A DNA stretch of 63,722 bases, filler included, from Reticulomyxa filosa (Eukaryota; Protista; Foraminifera), in NCBI GenBank assembly GCA_000512085.1. It is 18 parts of 18 records of this genome, joined end to end, with 100 filler letters (N's around TTAATTAATTAA, not from the genome) between each part and the next. Parts side by side here need not be neighbours in the genome. Positions count along the whole stretch, not along the records: positions 38,171 to 40,595 come from ASPP01009256.1; positions 40,696 to 42,502 come from ASPP01025263.1; positions 42,603 to 56,247 come from ASPP01033963.1; 15 more parts are not named here. One strand, 5' to 3'. This document shows, piece after piece, positions 38,318-49,600 of this stretch. The notes beneath the pieces are model-generated. The model was not told the DNA's origin. It did not search any database and was given only the letters and a program-made list of their open reading frames with translations. The position numbers were made by a program, and so were the translations under genes. Within the stretch, counting starts at the first letter, position 1; every line of letters begins with the position of its first letter.

Positions 38318-39650
38318 GGAAAACACGTCCCCAAACAAGGGTAACATAAGGAGAGGAACAAGTCGTGGAGGAGGAGGACTACGTCGCGCACGAATTGGCA
38401 ACAACTTTAACAGAAGTATGAAACGCTCGGTACCTCTTCAGGTCAGACCGACCGACACAGTAGCTCGAAGAACTGAATCCAGAAGGGGCTCAAGTTCACG
38501 AGGGCGGGGAGCACAAAGACTGACCACGGTGAGTTTATTGTTTATTGCAAGGGTTTGCTTTGTTTTATTTTTATTTGGTCTTTTTCTCTTCCCTTCTCCT
38601 TTTTCTCTTCTTGGGAACAGTAGTGCGCTATTGCGGTGTGTTTTTTTTTTTTTTTTTTTTTTATTAAAAAAAATCTCACTGTGAATGCAACTTTTAAGGT
38701 GTGGATAAATAACACATATGAGAGCGTCCTCGAATTATAAAAGGGTGTTTGTATATGGATCATCTGTTTGTTCCCCCCCTCCCCTCTTTTTTTCCATTGG
38801 AAAAACACAAACATTTGTTTGGGATTAATTGTCAGTGTCTTGTCTTTGAGGCGACTCGGATTTGGTATTGTTAACTGGTGGGGTAACTTATGGCAACATA
38901 TAGCAACGCAATATTTCCACCGGTGGGGCAGTGATTGTTCAGGGACTATTGTCGCATGTTACATCGGATGACATCAAAGTTGATTGGCTTTACACAATTG
39001 TGTTGTTTTTACAATATGACAGCATGGCAATGTATATCCGCATATCTAAGGGGGATGGCCAATTGAGTCCGTGTCTTCTAGTAAATAGGTCCAATAGATA
39101 TAAAATATAAAATAAATAAATAAATTGGAAAATTACAAAATAAAAAAAGAAAAAAAAAAAGAACAAAAAAAAGAACAGACATGAAGTCGGACATGATATT
39201 TTAAGGGACAATTTAAAACAAAAAAATGTAGGAAATTTTTGAGACCATTGGCGTAGTGACAAAGGCCTACGTAAAATTCGATGGCCAAACTGGCAAATCA
39301 ACTGGTGTGGCAGAGGTTGTATATGCCCACCGCGGCGATGCGCGCAGAGCGCAGAGAGAATTGAACGGCAAACTCGTTGATCAGGCGCCAATTACCGTTC
39401 GATTAGCTTTTGAATCGTATGTAGTCCATTATATGCCGTATGCTGGGGAGAGAGAGAGAGAAAGAGAAAAGGACTACTTTCTTTGACGGATTCATTTTAA
39501 TGATGTTTTTTTTTTTTGTATCATCGATTATTTAGAACCATGGGATCTCGAAATCGTCCAATGAAGACTAGTTTTGCCAAACAAGGCCCTCGACGAAACG
39601 ATGCTCCAAAACGAGCATCTCGTGAGTCTCAAAACCCACTACAAAGATGA
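38318..39650 (+). CDS. ALY/REF (THOC4)- or POLDIP3-like RRM protein (5' truncated)
   Basis: RG-rich exon, then a spliced RRM: GAVIVQGLLSHVTSDDIKEIFETIG.VTKAYVKFD..GKSTGVAEVVY..RGDARRA.RELNG..VD..PITV. Stop at 39648-39650. Confidence 0.8.
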
Positions 39651-40043
39651 ATAAGGGAAATTGAATCAACATTCTATCAAATCACTTGAGACAATAAACA
39701 ACAACATTGACGAAATTTGGAAGGAAAAAAAAAATAAACAAATAAGAAATTAAAAATGGCATTTGTTCGTGATAACCAATATTTTTTCAAGTAATACGGT
39801 GTCACAACGATTTGTCTTAACAGTGTTTGAGTATTCCTTGTGGATTATTATTTTTTGAAAAATAACATGGCGTGTATTTGACATAATCAATTGAAACGGA
39901 GTTACTCGTCATATCGCTCAAAATTTCTGTATCTAAAAATTTCGTGTTAAACTAAGTCCTCTGGGATCAACAATATTTTAATTTTTTTTTCAAATGCATG
40001 GGAATATTTTTTAAGCTCATTTATCTTTTACAAAGTAGCAGAA

Positions 40044-40452
40044 AACTGTCCACGCCGACATGGACGTACGGGTTGTCCACTCGTGAGTATTTTAAGCTAA
40101 TCGTTACATCATGTCCTCAAATTTTTGCCCTGGAAAGGCAATGTCGCTACCATCATTTTCAAATTTGCTTCCGGGTGCCACTTCTGACCCTATTCGTTCC
40201 GATCATCCACCAGTGGCAATGTCAGCTAGTGTTCCCAGAAATGAGCATAAACTCGAAATTCATCCAGACATATGGTGTGACTTGTTTTCCTTAAACGGAA
40301 CAGTCGGACTATCAGAAAAGTGGAAAGAGTTGGTTGAAGAATTGGAGTATCCTTATTCTGGAGAGTTTGTCCCTGATTGTTTAGGAGTGATTATGTCTGT
40401 GTTAATGATTTTGTATGCAAAGCATCCCAATTATTCGTTAACTCAAAGTTAA
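40044..40452 (+). pseudogene. possible EEP/APE-type endonuclease C-terminal remnant (non-LTR retrotransposon-like)
   Basis: PTWTYGLSTR in one frame and SDHPPV in another resemble the EEP PT(W/F)...SDHxPV motifs. Nothing else supports it. Confidence 0.25.
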
Positions 40453-40548
40453 TCAATTTTTTTTTTTACCGTTTAATTTCAAGTTCAAACCGAATACGAA
40501 ATAATAATATTTTTTTTTTACCATTTTTTGAACAAACATTTTGACAAT

Positions 40549-40585
<37 letters not shown>

Positions 40586-40789
40586 GGAAAAAAAANNNNN
40601 NNNNNNNNNNNNNNNNNNNNNNNNNNNNNNNNNNNNNNNTTAATTAATTAANNNNNNNNNNNNNNNNNNNNNNNNNNNNNNNNNNNNNNNNNNNNTTTTT
40701 TTTTTTTTTCTTCCCTCCCTCCTAATTCTCTTTGTTATTCGAGTGTAAGATTGTTATCATTGCAAAAAAAAAAAAAAAAAAAAATTTAG

Positions 40790-41902
40790 ACTGAACAAAA
40801 GATTAAAGTAATATTGGAAGGCTGGCTTCGATCATTTTTCATTAGATTGGGATGGATTGAAGAATTTAACAAAATTGTTACACGATATGTATGGACGATT
40901 TATTTTTGTATTGTATTCAAAAATTGCTATTTTTATATGTGTGTGTGTGTGTATGTGTGTATGTTTTTTTTTTTTAAAATTACTTGGTCAAGACACAAAC
41001 AAACATTCAAATAGATAAAATACTTTAAACTCTTAAAAGTCTTTCAAGGACATCCAGCTGGAGTTAGAAGTGTAAAATTTTCACCAGACGGCACGAAAGT
41101 TGTTTCGTCTTGTGACGATAATGCAGTCCGATTGTGGGACGTGATGACAGGGAAAAAAATTGAAACGCTCAAAGGACATTCGAATTGGGTTCTCAATGCG
41201 CAATTTTCATCAGATGGAAATATAATTGTGTCTAGCTCGTGGGACAAAACTATTCGATTGTGGGACGTGAAATTAGGGCTAGAGCTGAAACGATTAGAAG
41301 GACATTCCAATATTGTATCAAGTGCACAATTTTCTCCAGATGGAAATATCATTGTGTCAAGTTCGGGGGATAAAACAATTCGATTGTGGGATGTGAAATC
41401 AGGACAAGAAATGAAAAGGATGACAGGACATTCATTTTGGATAAATAATGTGCAATTTTCAACCGATGGTCAGATGCTCGTATCGTCGTCGGATGATACG
41501 ACAATTGGAGTATGGGATGTGAGATCAGGTAAACGAATGCATCAGCTAAAAGGATATTTAGGTCCAGTATGGAGATCACAATTTTCTCCAGATGGTCTTT
41601 CTATTGCGTCTTGTTCCAGTAATAAGACAATTCAAATATGGAATGTACTGTCAGGCGAACAAGTAAAAAAATTGGAAGGGCATTCAGACATGGTAAGGGA
41701 TGTGAAATATTCATCAGATGGTCAAACTATTGTGTCTTGTTCGAATGATAAAACAATTCGATTGTGGGATGTGAAAACTGGACGAGAAATACAGAAATTA
41801 GAAGGGCATTCCGGCTTTGTAACAGCAATAGATATTTCTGCGGATGGCAGCATGGTTGTATCAGCATCTACTGATAAGACAATTCAATTATGGGGATATT
41901 AA
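40790..41902 (+). CDS. 7-bladed WD40 protein with N-terminal WxR-x4-LGW module (first exon missing)
   Basis: Exon 40790-40888 reads TEQKIKVILEGWLRSFFIRLGWIEEFNKIVTRY. Phase-0 intron to 41014, then seven highly regular GH...FS.DG...S.D.TIRLWD repeats. Confidence 0.95.
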
Positions 41903-42673
41903 CTATCAACACGAATAATTTGAAAATGATAATTCCATGTCATATATCTCTCTCTTTAGGTAAAATCACATGAAACTATTTATTTCAACATAAGTTTTCG
42001 TATGTTGCTCAATATTGACAGGTGACGAAGAATAATTGTCACAATGCTGTGTTTTTTTTTTAATAATGCAGACTCCATATGATTTTCTACTTTACATAAT
42101 AGATCGTTTGCATATATGTTGTCCTTTTCTTCTTTCCAAGATTCTTATGCACAAATTGAATAATTATGTTTCATATGTTCATTTGCAAACTAAGTGAAAT
42201 GATGCAATTCTCCAAGTTTTTAAATAAGACCTTGTTCATTAGTCACCTCCAAACTTTTTTTGTACATAACTCGTCTTCTCCTTCAAAGTCTAAAGTTAAC
42301 TGGATGTTTTTATCAACTTTTTTATTAGGTACTGAGGACATTTGTAAAAGTGTAGTTTTTTTTTAGCTTTTTGTGTATTTCATTTATTGTATTTTTGTCG
42401 TTGTCTACTACAAAATACAGTAGGTTGCAAAGAAAACTGAACGCCTAAAACGATATCTTAGATGATAATTGATTTTCTCCATGAAAAATCAACATTTAGA
42501 CCNNNNNNNNNNNNNNNNNNNNNNNNNNNNNNNNNNNNNNNNNNNNTTAATTAATTAANNNNNNNNNNNNNNNNNNNNNNNNNNNNNNNNNNNNNNNNNN
42601 NNCTCTTTCAAATATGAAAAGACAAAGTAACAACAAGGTTTTTTTTGTGCTTTGGAAAAATTAAAAAAAAGAT

Positions 42674-42737
42674 AAAAAGAAAAAGTTTAATCCAGGCGGA
42701 GCCTTCTGGCGCCGCCTGGATCAAACTCTTTCTTTTT
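42674..42737. repeat. GC-cored inverted repeat (hairpin)
   Basis: 30-bp arms at 42674-42703 and 42708-42737 with 27/30 matches around a TTCT loop. A-rich and T-rich flanks extend it loosely. Confidence 0.9.
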
Positions 42738-43602
42738 GGTTTTTTTTTCGTTTTCATTTTTTTAAATTTTTTAATATTTAAGCTACGGCATTTGAGCAAT
42801 AACGAATTTTTAACTTTTTGGAAAAATTTACTTAAGTTGATGGTATCCAAATACATTGTATGTTAAAATTGGATAAAAAATTCTCACTGTCTGGTTCACC
42901 GCAATACAAAGAAACGCAAGTTTGAGAATACGTTTGATTTGAAAACTATTCAGTTATTACTTTTGTGTTGATACTACAAGAGAAGTGTTTTCTATGGAAC
43001 TTTTGAAGAAACCTATATCGTTTTGGAGATTTTATAATATGCATATACTAGTCGATGCTAAAAAGTGTTTTGTTCCAAATTGCAAGTCAAAATTAAGAAT
43101 ATTTTTTTATTGAAATCGTTTTTACATGTGTCCTAATCGCTTTTTTAATTAAAAAATTGTATAAATATTTGAATGACCATTTTTCTGTCAATAATAAAAG
43201 GTATTTGACAAATTTGTCATAGCATATAGTTGCTCAGATTGAAAAATATTGTTATTCATCATATTTAACTAATAATTTTGAATTTAAACAAAATAATTGC
43301 GTTTCATTTTTTTTTCTTCTTTTTTATCATTTCTTGTCATTTTCTGACTTTAATACAAAGCAATGGATTTTATCAATTGGTAGTGTATTTAAATCAACAC
43401 ATTAATATCACTTTTTATTCAATTTTTATTTTTATGAAGTGCAGTGGCTAAAGTAAAGTGTACATTTGAAATTGAAGCGGAATTGTTGAAAATTTTCAAA
43501 TATATGCAATTTATATCAAAGTTACAAAGACTGAGTGTTAGTTTTGACGGCGGATAACAAAGAATTTTTTTGTTCTTAACGTTATTACTGTATGCTTGAG
43601 CA

Positions 43603-46600
43603 ATGACGGAAGATCCAGGAAAAGCGGAAATAAGAGAAATTTTACAAGTGCTAAGACCGGCGTACGCGAGCCAAGTTTTAACATATTTGTTCGATGATTT
43701 GGCGTGTGACGACATGAAAGGGGTAGCCATCCTATCGGCTGAAGATTGGGGGAGGGCATTTAAAAGAACAGATTTGCCCAAAGGCCAACAAGGCAAAATT
43801 TTGACTGCATTAAACGAATGGTGCAAAACAAATCACACGAAACTATTTGACATCGAGGCTTTTTTCAAAGGGGACACTGAAAAACAGCAGCTAATAACAC
43901 AAAAAATAGAGCCAAAGGTTTTTTTTAGTTTACGGAGTGAAATGGATCAGTAGCTTTTTATTTGGAAAATATCATTAAAAATAAATATTAAAAGATCAAA
44001 AGAACCAGTCGAAGCAAAGACGGAAGGTGAAAAAGAACTTCTTTTGAAGGATGATGAGAATGCCAAAGTGTCAATCCCAAGACAAGACAGTGCCAATGAG
44101 GAAGACACCAAACACGAAATCGAGCCCATCAAAAAAAAAGTAGAGTATGGAAAAATCGTGGATATTGACCCGGTATCAAAAATTGTTACTCTTAGCCTAA
44201 AGACGGTATTGATAACACTGCTTTTTTTTACCCATTTGCACAAATAAAAAAGAGTGTACTATTTTTTTTTGTTATTGTTAAAATGCCCTTACAGGACAAT
44301 CAAAAAGTAGACCTGCTAGAAGCATGGGAGCATTTGTCACTAAAGCAAGGTGACGAAGTTCAGTGCACGTATACATTGGACAAAGTAAAAAAATTGGTGG
44401 TAGAAAAATATTGAGCTACCCGAATATCAAGGGAAATTATGTATGCTGGCAAAGAGTTGCTTGTATTCGTAAGACCTTACTCTGAAGCAAACAAAGTTAT
44501 TTTTTTTTTTTTTAGGAATTGACGTTCACAAATAGTTTTCTTCACTGCTTTGGAAATTTTTTTTTCATGTTTGTGATGTGAAGATAAAGGTAATATTTCC
44601 AAGAGATGCTGTACCAGAAATAAAGAAATTACGTGAAGGGGATAAATTAAGTTTTCGACTTCAATTCGCAAAACCAAAATGGATGCCTGTGGATGTACAG
44701 ATGATAGAAAAAGCTGCAATGTACGTATATACACTTACGATTTTGGTTTTCATAATTTCACAATTTTCTTATTTATGTTTGAATAGTCGTAAAATTAAAG
44801 ATATTATTGCACCTCGTGAAATTGAAAAAAAGGCAAGCAGCTACTGCAATATCAGAAAGTGGCTCGAAAGTCCATCTCAAAGTATAAAGGATTTTTTTTT
44901 TTGCATACGTATACCTTAATTGAATAAAATACCATAATTTCTTGCACACAGGACAACCTTCGTGGGAAAAGTGGCAAAATAATGAGCTGTCGAAGATGGG
45001 CTCCGATTTAGTGAGACTGCTCCCAAAAGAGAAAAGTAGTAACGACAGAGAAAACGAAATGGAGCAAGTGATGTGGAAAAAGCGAGCCATTCAATTGGAC
45101 TTGGTCAAAGAAGTAGTTGTGCAATGTATTTGTGAGCCGTGCCAAGTACCGGATTCAGTGCTGCAAGAGTTGTGTCCCTCAAGGCAAAATCAAGATGTGA
45201 AAGAGGGTGAGCACGACGAAAAGACGAGCCCGAGTGGAGAAAATGAAGAAATCGTGAAGTTGCTCAAAATTGTGAATGAATTTCATGAAATGACCGAAGA
45301 AAGAAATTTCCAACATCTGTTGCAAAAGTGTGACGAAATTTTCCTTGAAGAGAAAACGGAATGTGACGCACAATCAGATTTTGTTGTTGCAAATGGATAT
45401 GTCAACGATAATACTTTCAAGATCGTGAGGATTTATGTTTTCTGTCATGAAATCAAACCAGACAACAACACGAAAACGCCGATTGTTGTGATTCCAAAAA
45501 GTTTTTTTTTTTTTTGAGTAGCTCTTTATTGAACTAAAGAAAAAATGCAGCAAATTAAAATGCAAAAAAAAAATGTTTTACTTAGAGCTATGGCATCAAA
45601 TGAAGCCAGCAAGTGATGAAACTGCATTTTTGTACGTAAATGATTTTCGAGTAAAAAAGCACACTTCTTGGACTGTTGACATTAAATATCACACCTTATG
45701 CACATCCATTGAAATTGAGACGCACAAGTGTGCCTATTTTGTTGAATTGAAAGAGCAAGGTTACATGACACAACTTAAGAAGTACTTATCTAACATTATG
45801 CGAAATACTTCTCAATCCCCAGATATCTTTATAATTCGTCATCTAGTGGAAAACATTGGTGATTACGAATCACTTCAATTTGCACAGCAGGCTATGCGTA
45901 GCATGGCCAAGGAGATCCAAAAGCCTATCAAAGAACTCCAAGGCATGTCTCAAAAAATAATGAGTCAGTTTGACAAAAACGAAGCGAGCATCAAATTAGT
46001 TAAGATTTTATGTATACGTATATGTACCTATTTTTTTCTTTCGCACAAACTTGATCATACCAAATTCTTAAAAAAAAAAAAAAAAGATTTGCCAAATTAT
46101 ATTTATAAATGAACAACTGGAAGAACAACGACAATGGCTATGTCCATTGCAACTGTTTGCTGTAGTGAAATGTGTAGTGATAGCACAAACGAGTAACATA
46201 ATTGAAACTATGAGAAGAGCGTTTTGGAGTGACTTGGAAGGTAACATACGTGGGGAGAAAACACATACTACAGCAGAGGGCTTCCAACAGTTTATGTTGA
46301 TCCCTTGTTTTAATCTTTTGGCAAGCAGAGAAAACGTGCAAGCAAATAATGAGCTTTCGAACTATTTCGGCTCCAAAAATTTTAAGAAAGTATCACAAGT
46401 GGCCAAACGGTACATGGACATTGTTGAAACGGATCTAAAAATTCGACGTTTTTTCAACATCACTCCAAAATTACGTGCAGAAGTATATTTAATGCAAATA
46501 CTGCATTCTCAAAATGATAATGTTTCGTCTGCAGAAATATTGGAATTTTTGTTATCTAATGAAGAATTTATGACAGTGGAAATGTGGATCAAGCTATGGA

Positions 46601-49600
46601 CAATTCAGGACTCAAAATGTGCTGATATTATTTACAATTTATATAAATGTAACTTTGAAAGATGGAGTCAGTTTGTAGAGAGAGATCAAATTATTGGAGC
46701 ATTAAAGAATGAGCAAGCTCGCAAAAGATTGTCGAGCATATTCAATGAAAAAAGCTTTCGAGATGACGTAGTTTTATCCAATAAAAAATTCATTGCTTTC
46801 ATTTCTTTTATGCTAAAACACAAAGACATAATTTGGCACAATTGGGAAAATGTGTTGCAAACATTGGATTATTACATTGACAAAACGGAGATGGTCTATT
46901 CTGTCGATACACTAATGGCTATTCTTGATGTGCTTTGGAAACACTGTTCATTTGATCAAAAATCTGTTGAAAGACAAGTCAAAGATGCCTCTGAGAGAGT
47001 GCTAAGACGACTTCAAAAAGAAGCAAAAGCTCTCGCATTGTGGCTGCAGCTGTTTACGTATCAAACACAAGAAGAAAGAAAACATATTTTGAAAGAGATC
47101 TTGTCACAGAGTTTGTGTGAGTGGATAAACAGCACGATGATTGGAAAAAACATTGACTCTCCTGAACAGCTTATGCATTTGATATCTCTTCCAGAATTTT
47201 GGAGTCTCTCCAGTGAGTGTCACCACATATTTTTTAACTGGAATAGAAAAGAAAAAAGAGGCAATATTGCTGAGTGAAAAAAAATGGAGCAAGAAATCTT
47301 TGGAGTCAATGAGAGAACTTTTGGAGGACATAAAAAAATTTGTAGACTTGAGCTTACTGGACAAAATATTTGAAGTGATTGTAGACATTCCCATTCAAGT
47401 AGAATTCAGCATAAATGATAAAGATGCTAACAGTGCAGTCGAAGAAAAAAAAGAAGACCAGGATGAAGAAAGCAAAGACAACGAAGAAGTGGTAGATGAA
47501 GACAAATCAAATTTGTTAATACGTCATTTGGGGTATTGCTTTCTGTGTACTCCATGGCTTCCATTGATTCGATATAAATCCCAAAACGTGAAGCGATTGA
47601 AACACTTGCAAATCTTTGTGGAAATGTCATTTAAAAAGCTATTTGCAATGGTTGAAGATGAGTCAATTACATTTTGCGTATGCGAGTTTCTTGAACGTGA
47701 TAACAGCGAGCATCATATCCGAGTCATCAGTAAATTTTTATCTGGATGGAATGACAACAATGCCATTCAAAACAAACTCAAAATTTTATTAACAAAGTAC
47801 AGGGAGTTTGTGCGATTGAAGCAGTTATACACGGTGGTGTCGACAAATTATATGACTTCTAATCATTGTTCTGAGCGGCTACAAAAATTTAATGATTTCT
47901 GTGTCAATTGGGATTTGGAGTCATTTCCGAAAGCGAGTTGCGAGTATCAGCATGAACAAGAATTGTTTCAAAAATGTGAAAATGTAATGAAACATTTGAC
48001 GAATATGAAAAACAGTTGTGTGTTTAAAAAAATATGGAGTCAGTATCGAACAAAAATAGAGAAACAAAGAGATTTGACATTTAAAACAAGTATGGACAAG
48101 CTCTATACTCAAGTAAACAAGAAATGGAGGAAGTTGAAGCAAGTTATAGAAAAAGACCAATTTCCCATAAAGTATTTGAAGTGGTTCGAAGCAAGCGATT
48201 TGAATTTGGAATTGAGTCTCTTATTTCCAAAATGGCCTGCGAAAAAAAAGCGGTTGATAGCAAAAAGTATCCACAAAAAACGTGAAAAGATCAAACAATT
48301 AAAAGAAATGATGATTCCTTGGACAAATCTGAAAGATGCCACCAAAATTTTAAAAAAATATCACAAATCAAACGACACAATAAACGACGATAAGAATTGG
48401 TATACGTTTGTCCAATTATTGAAGGAAGGCCAGAAAATACTTAAAAAGCCAGATTCTTCAATTCAGCACTTGTCCGACTGTTATGACAAATGTATAAAAT
48501 GCTTTGGACGTGAGGTTTTGGAGTGTGTAGAATTGTTGGATTTGATTGTGAGATACGAAGAAAGCCTGGTCAAGCAATTGGCAACCAGCGAAAACTTTAC
48601 AAACAAAGAGCACTTTGCAAACACAATGGAGACATTGGACAATTGTAAGGAAGTCCGATTCCAGCAATTGGTAGGTGCATTGCGTACAGTCAATGAAAAT
48701 ATCCGCGAGTATATTTGGGATGCCAATTTCGAAGATACGAGCCAAGTTGCAAAAGCGATTTTGGATATTCACAGACGAGATAATAACTTTACTGTCAAAT
48801 TTAAAAAGTGCTGTGATGAGGATTTGAGTCATATCTCTTTGCTTGTCGAAGAGGCGGGTCGATTTCAGGCTATTCGAAGCTTCACTCTTTTGGAAAAAGC
48901 AATTCAGATTGGCCAATGGCATTTTGCCAGATGCGAGCAAGTATTACAAGAGAAAATGCAAACAAATGAATGGCTTGTCTTGCAGATTGGCTCAGATAAA
49001 CTGAATTACGATCAAATTGAACAGGCCATTGATTGTGTGCTTTTAGGATTTTCCAAAGAACAGGAATTGAAAGGGATACACACTCTGATTGAACAGTTTG
49101 GAGTGTGCAAGGATATTGAAGCATTACAAGCGACGTTTTGGAAGAAAGGTGGTCGGCAAGAGACAGACAAATTGCACTTGTCCGTGGCAGAGCCAATGGA
49201 AGTGTTCAAGGATTTGTACAGTGAATGGAAAAACAGATTAGAAGAGTGGCAAAAAGAATGTGTGATATTGAGAAAAGAGTATCCCATATTGAATTACTTT
49301 GCATTCAATGAAGTACGTTGTCTTTCCAAAAAATTAAATGATATTGTAAGTTGCGATCAAAAATATCATCGACAAATATTTTGCTCCAAATTTATTGTAC
49401 CGTTTTTGCAACGTATCGACTCCAATCTCTCCGATATCTTGTCTTTTGTCGAAAAATGGAAGTTTGAAGCTGCAGAAGGGAATAGGGCATTAATTCAGTT
49501 CGGAGTCGTGTTTTCTGATATTTGGACCAATTTGAAACACTCTAGCAACGCTTATCGTAATATATCCTTGTGTGGACTTGAATATGGCAAACCAAATTTA

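Noticed and set aside
44400-44440. In-frame TGA suggesting readthrough, selenocysteine or an alternative genetic code
   Set aside because: Two compensating A-run errors give a better cold-shock-like sequence (VENIELPEYQGKIMY). TGA, TAA and TAG all serve as normal stops elsewhere, and long exons have no internal stops.
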